Positions 35,740 to 50,424 of a stretch of DNA of 64,000 bases are shown piece after piece (position 1 is the stretch's first letter; each line of letters starts with the position of its first letter). Origin of the DNA: Octopus sinensis (Eukaryota); assembly GCF_006345805.1 (NCBI RefSeq), contig NC_042998.1, positions 205,468,001-205,532,000 on the forward strand. The letters run 5' to 3'. The notes below the pieces were generated by a model that was not told the DNA's origin, searched no databases, and worked only from the letters and a program-made list of their open reading frames with translations. A program made the position numbers and the translations under genes.

Positions 35740-36000
35740 TTGCTGTCAGTAATGGAATGTATATCGACCAGACCACCAGATGCTGTTATACATCGCTGGT
35801 TACAATGCACTTCCAATTCTGTCTTGATTGCACCATTCTTTTCCATTTTGACCGAAATTGCTTAACTAAATCGTTTTCCGATCGTCATGGAGGCCTTCCA
35901 AGTTGCCTTTTCCGATCTATTGGATAACACTCGGCAACTGCACCAAAATCTCACAGAAATTCTATTTTTATTCTGTGCAATAACTCCGTCGATTATTATT
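35740..36000 (-). pseudogene. Degraded RTE-like LINE 3' ORF fragment
   Basis: Minus frame AECYPIDRKRQLGRPP*RSENDLVKQFRSKWKRMVQSRQNWK matches the RTE C-terminal GRP..RW.D...W...AQDR..W pattern. Confidence 0.5.
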
Positions 36001-36223
36001 CTCCTCCGCCAAAAGCTCAATCCTCGTCGATCAGATAGAAATAAACGCGAAATAGAGTTGATGTTTTGAAAGTAAAAACCAAACATTTAATTGAACGAAG
36101 TCGTCATTGCCAAAAGTAAAAAAAAAAAACAACAAAAAACAGAAAGAAAAGAATCTGAGTTTCAAAGACAACAAATATCTGAGATGAAAAACTGAGCAGT
36201 GGTCAAATTAACAAATCTTCTCT

Positions 36224-36265
<42 letters not shown>

Positions 36266-36269
36266 CCTC

Positions 36270-36324
<55 letters not shown>

Positions 36325-36619
36325 GGTTTACAGTGGAGTGATTTAAGAGATATAAAATGAAACTCCAGTAATCTCCCATCTAACAGTGATTATATTCTTC
36401 CTTTATCAAGTGACATAATAGCAAAACTGTGAATGCTTCTGTCTTCTCAAGAACCATTCCAAGCAACAGAACTGGATCTATCTCTAGGATTACAGTTACA
36501 AAATCCGCCAAACCCTTCCATAAAAGAATATGGGATTAATCTACTTTGATGAGGCTCAGTTGTTCGGTTTAGGGCCTTGTTCAGTTGTGCGCCGAGTGTC
36601 AAAGAAAATGTTAGTGAAC

Positions 36620-36990
36620 GCCCTAATGCCCCGCGCAGAGGCGGGATGTACGTGTAGAGTTAGCAGGGAGTGGACAGTGAACGAATGGTCGAAGCAACGC
36701 TGAGGCCGCAGTCTAGCAAGCAGAGGTGTTGTCCTACAACGGCAACAACAAGAGACACACACAACAGAGGGTTCCTTTAACACTAGGCTAAATAATCACA
36801 GTTCCACTTTTAGAAATCAAAAGAGGTGCAATGTTACAACATTAGCCAACTCTATATGGCGATTAAGAGGAAGGAATGCCATACAAGATCTACTGGAAAC
36901 TGCTGGAACAACCTGGGGTATATGTGAATGTAGGTAAGCAATGTAAATTTCGCTTAATCATGAAGGGAATAGTTCTAAAAATTCCACACG
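36620..36990 (+). pseudogene. Penelope GIY-YIG endonuclease C-terminal remnant
   Basis: TEGSFNTRLNNHSSTFRNQKRCNVTTLANSIW, then (frameshift) MPYKIYWKLLEQPGVYVNVGKQCKFRLIMKGIVLKIP; homologous to 59167-59496. Confidence 0.7.
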
Positions 36991-37394
36991 ATTCAACTGC
37001 CTTCCCGAACTCGAAAAGTGAGATATTTGGTCGCTGCCCTTATGATAAAAAATTCGTTTTGACAACATGCGTGCCTTCCTTTTCGAGTAAGAGGTTGGAA
37101 ACGCTTCTTTTCACCTCGGAAAATGTTATAACTTTTCATTACCTTTTTCATTCCAGTTTTTATCTCCACCGAGTGGATCTGGGCAGCGAAAAAGAGGCTA
37201 CGTGCTTCCAGTCAGGATGTCTGAAGAGTTGTGAATATCTTCAAGTGAAACCGTCGGTGTTATTCTGACCAGTTATATGCCATAACCAAGAATATACTTT
37301 TTGATAATATAAAGTATAACCGCTCAATTTCTTTTTTAGAGTGTGATTTTTATCTCTGACTTATGGACAACTTCTGTGTGTGTGTGTGTGTGTG

Positions 37395-37429
<35 letters not shown>

Positions 37430-37704
37430 TGCGCGTGTGTGTGAGTGCGCGTGAGTGAATCTTGGTAAATTGACTTATAACTTATAAGCCCGTGCGCTTA
37501 TTTTTGGTTAGACAGATTACTTTCTGCCAAAAAGAGAGAGAAAAAAATGAAATCCGAATAATTCAACTGGTTAAATTAGCAAAAGTGTGATTAACAGAGT
37601 TAAACAGTTGTTCAGTGGTGTCGCAGGATTCTACAAATCCGTGTCTGTTGTATCAAAGGAATTATTGTCACAATTTTTGCGCTGTGATATTTAGCAAACA
37701 ATAA

Positions 37705-37915
37705 GGCGGCGGCAAGCTGCTAGAATCGTTGGTGCGTCGGACAAAATGATTTGTGACATTTTGTTCGTCTTTACGCTCCGAGTTCAAATTCTGCCGAGGT
37801 TAGTTTTGCCTTTCATTCTTTTGGGGTCGATTAAATAAGTACCAGTTGAATACTGGGGTCGATACAATTGTCTTACTCACCCGAAATAGACAGCCTTGTG
37901 CCAAAAATTGAAATC
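37705..37915 (+). mobile_element. SINE family B, diverged
   Basis: GGCGGCGGCAAGCTGCTAGAATCG...GAGTTCAAATTCTGCCGAGG...TAAGTACCAGTT. Confidence 0.8.
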
Positions 37916-38091
37916 AATATTTAACAAACAAGAATAAAACCAACCTATCCGTTCAGAGTTTCTCTTTTCGCGTTTCAGTGGCGCGGTTTGTTGGAATAAC
38001 TCTAGCTATTGTAGTGATATCTTAAAATAGCCATTCGTTTTATTTTTGCTTACAACGCACACACACGCGCGCACACGCACACGCACACACA

Positions 38092-38130
<39 letters not shown>

Positions 38131-38144
38131 TACACACACACACA

Positions 38145-38286
38145 CTAGCTGAGTATCCCGTTGTTACTCGGTAATTTTCATATTAGAATGCCTTGGTGGA
38201 CTTTTGGAACAGCACACCCGCATAAGTCGAATTCTCTCCGACGGGAACTTTTCAATTTCTTTTTTTCCCACCACACCATTGCAAAT

Positions 38287-38356
<70 letters not shown>

Positions 38357-38430
38357 CAAACAATACCGAAGTCCCGGACACTGACGGTTCGGAACCTCTT
38401 ATAATCCACTTTAATTTACACAAATTTACA
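38145..38430 (-). mobile_element. Helitron-like element, 3' end
   Basis: A|CTAGCTGAGTATCCCGTTGTTACTCGG terminus; internal (CA)n. Confidence 0.4.
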
Positions 38431-38439
38431 GCCAAGTAT

Positions 38440-38694
38440 CTCTTTACTCTTTTACTTGTTTCAGTCATTTGACTGTGGCCATGCTGGAGCACCGCCTTTA
38501 GTTGAGCAAATCGACACAGGACTTATTCTTTGTAAGCCTAGTACTTATTCTATCGTTCTCTTTTGCCGAACCGCTAAGATACAGGGACGTAAACACACCA
38601 GCATCGGTTGTCAAGCGATGTTGGGGGGACAAACACAGACACACAAACATATACACACACATACATATATATATATATAAATATATATACATAA

Positions 38695-38790
<96 letters not shown>

Positions 38791-38897
38791 TACGACGGGC
38801 TTCTTTAAGTTTCCGTCTACCAAATCCACTCACAAGGCTTTGGTCGGCCCGAGGCTATAGCAGAAGACACTTGCCCAAGATGCCACGCAATGGGACT
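38440..38897 (-). mobile_element. SINE family A with expanded (TA)n
   Basis: Both halves match the family consensus seen elsewhere in the window. Confidence 0.88.
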
Positions 38898-39448
38898 ATT
38901 TAATTAAGCAAAATTGATGTTTGTTTAATTTAGAGGGGGTTGGGCACATTGCCCTCCCCTCCCCGTTCAGAAAAATCGGTATCATGGAAAGGATTTCGAA
39001 CTAAAGGCCCCGGGAAATCGATGTGCTACCTGTATATATACATAGATACATAGGTAAGACAGTATTAAAGTGTGCAAGTGGATAAACTCGATACAACTTA
39101 CCTTTCGTTCACAGCAGACGAAGTCGGGACTCGTCGGTTCCACAACAATAAATCCGTCGATTGTCTGCCTTGCGATTGTGTGTGTGTGTGTGATTGTGTC
39201 TATGTGTATCTGTGTGTGTGTGTGTGTGTGTGTGTGTGACAGTTTGAAACTTGCTAGTTCCTGTTCATTGCTTCGCACACGCGAATGCAAATTCTCTCTC
39301 TCCCCTCTCTCTCCCTCCCTCTCCTTTCGCCCTCCCTTTCTCTTTCTCTCTATTTGTCTACCTGTCCTACCTGCCTCTGTCAATCTGGCGAACGTGCTAT
39401 TTCACACACACACACTCACACGCACGCACACACGTAAACATACATAGG

Positions 39449-39479
<31 letters not shown>

Positions 39480-39559
39480 TACATTGTATGCATAAAAACG
39501 TGCATACATGTATATATATATGTAAATGTGTGTGTGTGAGTATTTATTACCTGTTTTTA

Positions 39560-40160
39560 ACCTTTTAACTTGTTTCATTCATTAAACTGTGGCCATACTG
39601 GGGCACCTCCTTCAAGAATTTTAATTGAATGAGTCAACTCCAGGACTCATTTTTTTAAAGCCTGGTACTTATTCTATTGGTCTGTTTTGCCGAACCTCTA
39701 AGTTACAGGGACATAAACACACCAACCCCGGTTGTCAAGCAGTGGTGGGGGACAAACACAGACACAAAGAGACGCATGCATAAATAAATTTAGGGCTTCT
39801 TTCAGTTTCTCTCTGCCAAGTTCCCTCCTCGGACTTTGGTCAGCCCACGGCTATAGTAGAAGACACTTGCTCAAGGTGCCACACAGTGGGACTGAACCCT
39901 GAACTATGCAGTTGGGAAACAAACTTAACCACACAACCACACTTTGTCTTCTATCTTTTATTTGGTTTTGTCATTGGACTGTGGCCATGCTGGGGCACTT
40001 GCTCGACAGTTTTAGTCAAACAAATCAACCCCGGGACTAATTCTTAAGACTAGTACTTATCTTGGTCTTTTTTAGTCTTTTTTGCTGAATCACTTAATTG
40101 CAGAGATGTCAACAAACCAACACCAGCTATCAAGTGATGCTGGGGACAAATACAAGCACT
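39560..40160 (-). mobile_element. Two diverged SINE family A copies
   Basis: 39560-39945 near full length; 39960-40160 3' part. Confidence 0.75.
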
Positions 40161-40524
40161 TTGAATCAGATATCACCACCAGAGAAGGGATGAGAGGGAG
40201 GGCTGCACAGAAAGCCGGAACCCCTCTGAGAAGTGACTCTGCTACTCTAAGCCTCTTTTGTAACCAGGGATTTCATGACAAAATTTCTCCAAATAAGCCT
40301 AATAATGTGTGTGTGTATGTGTGTGTGTATGTATGTATGTGTGTATGTGTGTATGTATGTATGTGTGTATGTGTGTATGTGTGTATGTATGTGTGTGTGT
40401 ATATGTGTATGTGTGTATGTATGTATATATGTATGTATGTATGTGTGTATGTGTGTATGTATGTATGTATGTATGTGTGTATGTGTGTATGTATGTATGT
40501 GTGTATGTGTGTATGTATGTATGT

Positions 40525-40559
<35 letters not shown>

Positions 40560-40561
40560 TA

Positions 40562-43208
40562 GATAATAATAAAATTATTGTATCAGTGCTCAGGTGCCCC
40601 ACAACTTGTCAAAAAGTGCGTATAAAGTGTATGCAGTAATGTAAAAATGTCTGGGAAGCGAACAGTGTATGAGTCAGATCCATGCTTGTGTGTGTATGGA
40701 GGGGAGAAAATCAAGTGTAGTGTTGGCGAATCTCAGGAAGCATGGAAGTTTTGAAGGATGCAGTGCTCTGACAACTAACAACCGATGCCGGCAGTTTGCT
40801 CCATGCTTCAGCAACTCTTAGCGTGAAAAAATGTTTCCAAAAGTCATGGGAGCTGTGCTGTTTTCTGACTTTGTAAATATGTCCACGGGTGTTAGACGGG
40901 TGGAGTTTGAAAAGGTGCTCAGAGTTATTGTTTGTAAGATGGTTAATAATTTTATGGGTGTCTGCCAAGTCAGCTGCCAGACGTCAGAGTTTCAATGTGT
41001 CCATGCCCAGGGAAGTAAGGCGTTCAGAATATGGCAAATGCCCGATGGAGGGTATTCTTTTGGTTGCACGTCGCTGAACGGCTTCCAGACGATTAATATC
41101 TTGGGCAAGATAGGGGTTCCAGACCGGTAAAGCAAATTCCAGGTGAGGTCTTACTATAGCTATATAAAGCCGCAGATAGCCGGAGAGTGGCTCACAAAGG
41201 ACTTGGTGAGTGATGCCAAGACACCCTCAGCCTTCTTGGCAATTTTAGCGATGTGTTTTGTCCAACGCTAATCGCTGTCGATAATAACACCCAGGTCACG
41301 TTCACACAAAGACTTTTTTAGATTAGTGTTGTGGAGGGAGTTGGTAGACGCTGGGTTTCTCCTCCCAAAATGCATAGTGGTACATTTGTCCACAGCCAGC
41401 TTGAGTTGCCAGTCCATGATCCACTGCTGCATTGTGTCCAGGTCTGCTTGCAATAAAGATCTATAGTGTACAGGATCTGACCTCTTGATTTCGAGGTACA
41501 GCTTGATGTCATCTGCATATTTCAGCACTGTGGAATTCTTTAAGTTGGCATCTATGTCATTAACATATGCAACAAATAAAAGGGGGCCAAGAACAGATCC
41601 CTGTTGTACACCAGATGTCATCTCATAGGGTGAAGAGTGCTGTCCTAGAACTGTGACAACCTCTTTTCGGCCGAAAATAAAGGACTTCAACCAGTTATAG
41701 AGATCGTCTCTTACACCCATTGCAGAGAGTTTCACCATAAGTCTTTTGTGTGGCACAGAGTTAAAAGCCTTAGCAAAGTCCAGGTAAACAACATCCACCC
41801 AGGATCCACGATTAGTGATTTGAGTAATTTCCTCAAGAAACTCGATGAGTTGATAACAACAGCTGGAGTTAGGAATAAATCCAAATTGTGACGGCTGGAT
41901 GAGGCTGTGAGACTTCCAGAAGTTCCAGAGGGTTTCCCTGATACAGGATTCCTTCATTTTGGCGATGCAGCTAGTAAGACTAACTAGTTGACAGGTAGTT
42001 GACAGGTAGTTGACAGGCGATGTGCGGTCACCTTTTTTGAACAGAGGGATAATAACACTGGCAGTTTTCCACTGCTCTGGAGTAACACCATTGTCAAGAC
42101 AGAATTGGAAGAATAGAGAAAGTTGGCTTAGAAGAAAGTATCCACCGCGTTTGAGAAGTAGGTATGTAACACCATCGAGACCAGGAGAGGCATAGTTACG
42201 TTTGTTCTTAAGGTGGCGTTGTAGTATTGCTGGTGTAAATTGCATAGTAGATATAGAGTCCGATGTCAGTGGTGATGAAGATGGAACATTTTGGTCTTCA
42301 ACAGTAAAGATGCCTGCATAGCATCCAGCAATGATTTCTGCACATTCTTTAGGATTGCCAGTAATCTGCCTTGTGTGGGAATTGCGAAGGGGACCAACTG
42401 GAGAGTGAGGTCTCTGCTTTGAGTGCACATACTTTCAGAACACTTTGCTGTCAGGGTTGGTTGCAATGCGTTGTTCGAATTCAAGCACTGCCTTTTTTGT
42501 AACCTGCTTGAGGTGGTTGGCTGACCTATTGCGCTTTTTCCTGTTGCTCTCTGATTTGTGCAATTTGTATTCCTGTTCAGCATTACGGCATCTTTTCCTG
42601 GCAAGTCGGACTGCTGCAGTCTCCCAAATTGCACTATTGGGTGGTTTTTTGTGCTTGCGTGGTACCGATGCTGCACATGCCGCTCATATTGAATTCAGAA
42701 TGTTCTGAGGTACAGTGTCCACATCTCCAGAGACATAAAATTTGAGCCAGTTTGGGCGTTGCAGCTCAGTACAATAAGAGTTCCAGTCTGCTTTATTCCA
42801 GTCAAAGCGGGCAGTTTGAAGATGGTTGTGTTTTTTGTTACAACCAATTAGAGACAAGTCAGCCATGATCATGGAATGATCAGTGTCACCTAAAGGTTCT
42901 TCAGTAGTGACACTGATAATTGTTTCAGGAGAAGCGGTAAGTAGCAGATCCAAAGTGTTGTTACCCCTTGTGGGGGAGGTAACGACTTGGGACCAATTTG
43001 AATTCAGCACCAGTTCAAAGAAATCGTCTGCACTTTGCGGCCAACGGAAGGCCTCCCAGTCAATCGCAGGGAAATTGAAGTCGCCCGCAATATAGACATA
43101 AGTGGCTGTTTTCATGGCAGCAGCTCTGAGGATATCAAAAAGCTGTGCGTCTTGACGATAATTTGTGGGGCGGTAAACAACTCCAAGCAGAAGTGTTGAC
43201 ATGGTCAT
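40562..43208 (-). mobile_element. CR1-group LINE, about 2.6 kb, 5'-truncated within the APE endonuclease; RT largely open
   Basis: YIAGDFNFPAIDW/TLDLLLT (APE end); 386-aa RT ORF with YLDFAKAFNSVPH, GVQQGSVLGPLLF and YADD; downstream VRPHLEFA...VQRRATK...FFTLRVAEAWSKLP; (TAT)n tail. Confidence 0.95.
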
Positions 43209-44040
43209 GTGTATATCATCATCCTCATCATCATTTAACGTCCGTTTTTCATGCTAGCATGGGTTGGACAGTTCGACCGGGGTCTGGGAAGCCAGGAGGC
43301 TACACCAAGCTCCAGTCTGATCTGGCAGTGTTTCTACAGCTGGATGCCCTTCCTAACGCCAACCACTCCGTGAGTGTAGTGGGTGCTTTTATGTGCCACC
43401 AACACAGGTGCCAGAGGAGGCTGGTAACGGCCACGGCGCTGGCATTAATATATATATATATATATTAATAAAATATATACATGCAGTATTAGATATGTAT
43501 ATATATACATAAGGACTACATGAGTACCTATATCGCCAATGATAGAAGTCAAAAAATACTTCTATTGACATCTATCATTGGCAGTATAGGTACTCATGTA
43601 GTACCCTTATGTATTTATGTACATATCTAATATTGTATGTATATATTTTATTAATTTGCCTGTACGGCTAATAATTCGCTTACCACTTGTGATGGTATTT
43701 TAATAATACCATTCCTATATTTATTTATATATGTATCATCATCATCATCATCGTTTAACGTCCGTCCTCCATGCTAGCATGGGTTGGGCGGTTCAACTGG
43801 GGTCTGGGAAGCCAGGAGGCTGCATCAGGCTCCAGTCTGATCTGGCAGTGTTTCTACAGCTGGATGCCCTTCCTAACGCCAACCACTCCGTGAGTGTAGT
43901 GGGTGCTTTTTACGTGCCACCAGCACAGGTGCCAGGCGAGGCTGGCAACGGCCACGGTCGGATTGGTGCATTTTACATGCCACCAGCACGGAAGCCAGTC
44001 GAGGTGGCACTGGCATCGGCCACGATTCGGATAGTGCTTT
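43208..44040 (-). mobile_element. Two 5'-truncated RTE 3'-UTR copies
   Basis: (CAT)n-CGTTTAACGTCCG...CTGGATGCCCTTCCTAACGCCAACCAC at 43215-43440 and 43735-44040; the same sequence forms the 3' UTR of the RTE at 50425-52520. Confidence 0.85.
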
Positions 44041-44559
44041 ATATATATATATTTATAAATATATATATGTACTCTACAGCAAGACACCTATATCTGACCC
44101 TTCTATACCTTAAACTGGCACAAACCCACACCCACCCAATACTACTCCCCGCTCCCACCTGAGAGGTTCTTGTCTTGCAAAGGTACTTCATGATCCTGTC
44201 GGTGCTGGTGTCACGTTTAAAGCCTCCAGTGCACTGTGTAAAGTGGTTGGGATTAGGAAGGGCATCCAGTAACCATAGAAACCATGCCAAAACATGCAAC
44301 TGGACCCTGATACAGCTCTCTGATCATGCCAGCTCCTGTCAATCTGTCCAACCCATGGCAGCATGGAAAATGGACGTTAATAGATGATGATGATGATGAT
44401 GATATATAATGTATGCATACATAATTGATGTAAAAACATCAAAGAATAAATCCACTTTAATTAAAATCTCAATTAATGACAAGATGTTCAACTTCAACAT
44501 TTTGCTGTACATACACACTTGGTTAAAACAATCTTGAAGAACAAAATATTTAGAACAAT

Positions 44560-44926
44560 AGCACTCAGAGAGCACAAACCTCTGCCAAGGCAACACCAAT
44601 GTCCTCTCAAGAATTAGCCGGAGATGATTTTTAAAATGAGAATATCTGAAATAAACTCGACTGTTCTCACAAACGAGAATACTAAGATGAACCCGACCAC
44701 TCTCAAAAATTAAGTATAAAAAACAGGAACAATAATCCAGAATCCTTGTCCAATACCAGATCGATCCCCAAATCTAATCAGTTTGTGCCAGTCACGATGT
44801 CAAACATCCCTGAAAGTTTCATCTGAATCCATCCAGTGGTTCTTGAGATATCTTGTCCATGGACAAACAAACAAACAAACACAACTGAAAACAATATCTC
44901 TTCCTTTGCTAAGGCGGAGGTAATAA
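44560..44926 (-). mobile_element. Helentron-associated (HINE/DINE-1-like) non-autonomous element
   Basis: Minus strand starts TTATTACCTCCGCCTTAG, has (GTTT)n, and ends CCTTGGCAGAGGTTTGTGCTCTCTGAGTGCT, giving sub-terminal inverted repeats. Confidence 0.6.
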
Positions 44927-46324
44927 GAGAGAAAAGACATGGGTTTCCCTTAAAGTTCATAGTTTAAACTATGAACTATACACGTGAAATTTATGCTTTT
45001 CTAGTTTTATTCTATACATACAAAGATACATACACATACATACACACACATATAAGAAAGGCCATAAATGATGGGACTTAGGTGTTTCTATATTTGTACA
45101 TCTTACAGTAAACTGAAGATGGTAGTATTTGTTAAGGTCGTTCAATTTTTTCAACTGATCAATCGACTGATTGAGTAAACAGGACCATCAACACACCTAT
45201 AAAGCATATCAGAAACAACTGTAAGTCTACAATGCACAAATAAAAAAATATGCAAAGCCCATTATTCATGCCTTTTCTTGTAAATATCCCTCTGTGAAAC
45301 CATATTATCTGAAGAATGCAATCATGGCTTTATGAAGACGACTGGGGATGGACTTGAAGCTTGGATCTTAGGATTACCTGGAGTTCTATGGGAATCAGAA
45401 AATCTTTTGTTGGCCTGGTGTATTTATTTGTATTAAGAAATCAGGGCAAGTAATTTGTCTGGATTGATAATTCCTTATTAATAACTATACATATGTGTGT
45501 GTGTGTGTGTGTGTGTGTGTATACATGTATATGTGTGAGTATGCATGTATGTATATATGGATGGATGTATATATATATATTTGTGTGTGTGTGTACATGT
45601 GTGTGTCCACGTGTATATACCTGTATGTTTGTATCCATACACAGGGACACCAAAGTAGACATCACTATGTTGTTGACAATGATTAAATGTCTTAGCTTCA
45701 CCTTGTCGTCTGGTTGTCATAGTTTAACACGCTTTAACAAACGAAGAGGCAGACCCTGCTCTTTATTTGCTTGGATCCTCTCAGAGCAGAAGGAGGAGGA
45801 GACCTTATCAAATTACTTATCTCTCTTTCTCTTTCTCTTTCTCTCTCCCTCTCACTCCTTCCCTCTCTCCCTCCCTCCCTCTCCCTCCCTCTCTCCCTCT
45901 CTCCTTTGCTCTCTCTCCCCTTTACCAATGTTGATATCATGTCTAGTCTTGTATCATTTCTCTCCTCACTCAACAAACTTGCTTAGTAACCAATTCTATT
46001 CAGTGGAGACTTTTGTGCTTCTCTCTTGTGCTTTATTAAATTAATCATAGCACCTATCATTAGTGGACTCCTATCATTAGTGGACTCCTTAACATTGACT
46101 CTTCCTCTCACCAATTGCTTGACTCTCACAACCCTTCTCTGACTTCATGTCCAAGGATTCCAATTTCTCCCTGTTCATAGAACTGCCAATGGCAGGGATC
46201 TCCAAATGTGACCCCACCCACCCACACACATACACACACACATATATATATACACACATAAACATATATAAGAAAGAGAGATGACAAAGGAATAAATGAT
46301 TTGAGAAAATATATTGATATATAT

Positions 46325-47115
46325 ATATCATCATCATCATCATCATTTAACGTCCGCTTTCCATGCTGTCATGGGTTGGACGGTTTGACTGGGGTCTGGG
46401 AAGCCAGGAGGCTGCACCAGGTTCCAGTCTGATCTGGCAGTTATTCTACAGCTGGATGCCCTTCCTAACGCCAACCACTCCGTGAGTGTAGTGGGTGCTT
46501 TTTACTTGCCACCGGCATGGAAGCCAGTCAAGGCGGTGCTGGCATCAGCCACGTTCGGATGGTGCTTTTTATGTGCCACCAGCACAGGGATCACAACTAC
46601 AATTTCCATTGATTTTTCATGTTCATGTACTTGACTCAATAGGTCTCCTCAAGTACAGGGTCGAAACGGTGTTTCTTTACTTGCCACCTGCACAGGAGTC
46701 AGTCCAGCGGCACTGGCAATGGCCGGGTGCCAGTCATAGGATTGGTTCAATTTCGATTCCGATTTCACTTGCCCCAACAGGTCTTCACAAGCAGAGTTTA
46801 GTGTCCAATGGAGGGAGGTTGGCATGGCTGCCAGTCGTCGGATGTGGTTCAATTTCGAATTCAATTTCAACTTCACTTGCCTCAACAGGTCTTCGTGTGT
46901 CTAAGGAAGGAAAATCATGCATAAGTGGGCTGGCTACATCCCTGGCAAGGGACACGGGAGGGACTCACTTGTCCTGCAGGGTCTTCTCATGCACAGCAAA
47001 TTTCCAAAGGGCTCAGTCACTAGTCATTGCCTTGGTGAGGCCTAATGTTTGAAGGTCGTGCCTCACCACCTCGTCCCAGGTTTTCCTGGGTCTACCTCTT
47101 CCACGGGTTCCCTCA
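46325..47115 (-). mobile_element. RTE 3' end (ORF terminus plus 3' UTR plus (GAT)n tail)
   Basis: Minus strand encodes LAVEGTRGRGRPRKTWDEVVRHDLQTLGLTKAM, followed by the family 3' UTR. Confidence 0.85.
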
Positions 47116-47559
47116 ACTGCTAGGGATTGGCACTTTTTCACACTATATATATATATATATCAATATATATTTGTATATATATATATCAATATATATGTGT
47201 ATATATATATATAATATATATATATATATGTATAGGGAAAGGCATTACCAGTGAGAAAGTCAATGCAGATGATATACATATTATCATCATCATCGTCATT
47301 TAACGTCTGCTTTGCATGCTGGCATGGGTTGGATGGTTTGACTGAATACTGCTGAGTTGGGGAGTTGCATCAGGTTCCAATCCAGGGTTTCTACGGTTTG
47401 ACACCCTTCCTAGCACCAACCACTCCAAGAGTGCAGTGGGTGCTTTTATTATGTGCCACTGGCATGAGTGCCATTGATGTGACACAAGCATCAGCCATGA
47501 CTACGGTCTCACTTGGTTTGATAGGTCAACACAAGCACGGTGTATCACGAAAGGTCTTG

Positions 47560-48450
47560 GTCACTTGTCACTTCCTCCGTGAAGCCTAACACTCAAATGG
47601 CGCTTTTTATGTGCCATCTTTGGCAGGAGGAGATCCAGTTTTCTTTTTAAGACACCTACATCTACACCATGCAGGTCCCTCGGGCATTTTGGAAGGATAT
47701 TGAGGAGCTGTGAACCCTTGAAACCGAAGCTGTTGCAGGATCTGGTCCTGTATTTTGATGGAGATGCAGAGATCTTTGACACTATGCAATGGCACCCTGC
47801 TCTGCTCTTTGAGTAACTTTCAATACCAAAGTTTGGTACAAGGCCTTCTAGGATTTTCCAGACGTATATCACTGCATATCTTTCCTGCCTTTGTTCTAGG
47901 GAGAAGACTTTTAACTTTTTCAGTCTTTCCCAGCAGCTGATATGTTGGATTGCTTCAAGTTCCACCGTTAATTTTATATTGTATGGTGACCATAGTTGGG
48001 AGCAGTAGTCCAAGCAGCTGACAATGTATGTCCTCCAAAAGACCATCATTGTCTCCTTTTCTCTTGTTTTGAAAGTTCAGAGGATCCATCCATCTAGCCA
48101 TTCGCATTTTATTACCAAACTGGTAATATGCATCATTGCTCATGTCAATGCTCAGGTCACACATTGGTTTTGATTCAGGGATTGCAATTCCTCCCAAACC
48201 ACTGTATCCTGTCTGCATGATATTCAGCGTTGAGTGCTGGTATGCGTAGGGCTTGGAATTTTCCTGCATTAAACTGCATGTTGTTGTCTTCAGCCCACCT
48301 GCATATTGCATCCAACTCTTGTTGCAGATGTGCAATATTTCCAGAATTTTGTATTGTCTGAGGGACTTTTGTATCTTCTGCATAGCTAGCAAGGGTGGCT
48401 ATTTGAGCAGCTGAGGGTATGTCTGAGAGGGCCACTATCAATAACAATGG
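47560..48450 (-). pseudogene. CR1/L2-group LINE RT-to-3' fragment (same family as 20920-21700)
   Basis: IVALSDIPS...YAEDTK...LQQELDAICRWAEDNNMQFN; LDYCSQLWSP; WERLKKLKVFSLEQRQERY. Confidence 0.85.
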
Positions 48451-48847
48451 GTTTTTGCAGCTGGATGCCCTTCCAAATGCCAACCAATTTATAGTGTGGA
48501 CTGGATGCTTTTTATGTGGCGCTAGCATTAGGAAGGTCACCAAGACTTACAAAACACAATTTCCAGGACACAATTGTGTTTGTAAGTGACAGACTACGTT
48601 GACCATCTTGCAGATATCTGCGTGTTTTATTTACGTAGATATTAACAAGTGAAACCATGGAACGTAGGAAACCGTTTTTGATTTCATATATTTTCATTTG
48701 TTTTCCTCATTTTTACATTTTGGTCTTTTGCTGAGATTTTTCTTGAGAACACATTCTTCATGGTAATGGCGATTTGACATCTGTGTTAGCATATTAGGTG
48801 TCCACTTTAGTGGTCATTCCTCTTAATTTGGTGTGTGTGATATATAT

Positions 48848-48909
<62 letters not shown>

Positions 48910-48941
48910 CATACATACATAATATACACACACATATATAT

Positions 48942-48980
<39 letters not shown>

Positions 48981-49087
48981 CACACACATATATATACCAC
49001 ACACACCACACACACACCCCACACACCACACACATATAATCTATATATATATATATATATACATACATACATATATATACACACACA

Positions 49088-49121
<34 letters not shown>

Positions 49122-49147
49122 TACTATTATATATATATATACACACA

Positions 49148-49195
<48 letters not shown>

Positions 49196-49344
49196 ACTCT
49201 ATATAATATATATATATATATATACATACATATATATAATATATATATATATACGTATGTTTATACAAATACATATATACATATGTGTGTGCATATCTAT
49301 CTATAATGAATATGTATGTTTGTGCATGTGTGGGTGTGGGTGGG

Positions 49345-49600
49345 TGTCGGTGTGTATTTTTCCAAGTGCCTCTGCAGTCACAGCCCATGTTTCACTGCCC
49401 ATGTAGCATGGCTGTTTACACACAGGCATCATACAATCTGCCTTTCACTCTGAGGCAGAGACCCTTTCTTACCAACAAAGGCAGAGGCTCTCTGAACTCT
49501 GCTCAGCCTATTGCTTATTCTAGCAGCTACACTCTCAGGGCAACAACCTCTGTTGCTGAATTAAAGATAATGAAAGCTACCAACTGTTTCTAGGTATCCC
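49345..49600 (-). pseudogene. Degraded RTE fragment
   Basis: EFREPLPLLVRKGLCLRVKGRLYDACV is homologous to 51326-51658. Confidence 0.7.
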
Positions 49601-49707
49601 CCTCGCATTTCATCGAGTCTATTCTCTGTATTTTTCTCATCTTTATTCTACCTGTACATCTGCCACACACAAAGATTATTTTCCCTGTTAACTTTCCTCT
49701 GATATTG

Positions 49708-49771
<64 letters not shown>

Positions 49772-50260
49772 CTATGTATTAGTTTTCAGAACAGGTGTAT
49801 TTCCCAATCTAGAAGCAAAGATAAGATTTCTCAATGTTTTCCGGATTAAAAAAATATAAGAACAATGCAAGAGGAAAAATATTTCCATTTACTGGTTCCA
49901 CGTGACCACCACCACGGCCACGGCCACCCACCTCGACTCCCCAGCCCCAATAATGACAGTTGAAGTGGTTTGTGTTGTAAGAAGTGAAACATGTTTCTAC
50001 CAACAAGTCTAGTTGATGCGTGACTTGGACAAGTAATTAATTTTGTTTACCTGACAACATTGGAGGTTTTGATTACAGAAACCATCTATCAAATGCACAC
50101 ACACACACACACACACACACGCAATAAGGTAGGGTATGATAGATTGGTACTTACAAAGATATATAGATATGTATATAGGTAGACAGGTAGGCATGCATCT
50201 GGGCAGGTGGGTGGGCAGGTAGGTAAGAAAGTAGTTCAACAATCTGACAATCATATAATG

Positions 50261-50297
<37 letters not shown>

Positions 50298-50424
50298 ACT
50301 TAGGCACAGGCATGGCTCTGTGGTAACGAGTTTGCTTCCCATTACATGGCATTTTGAGCAAGTGTCTCCTACCAAAGCCTTGTCAGTGGATTTCATACAT
50401 GCAAACTGAAAGAAGCCCTTCTCA

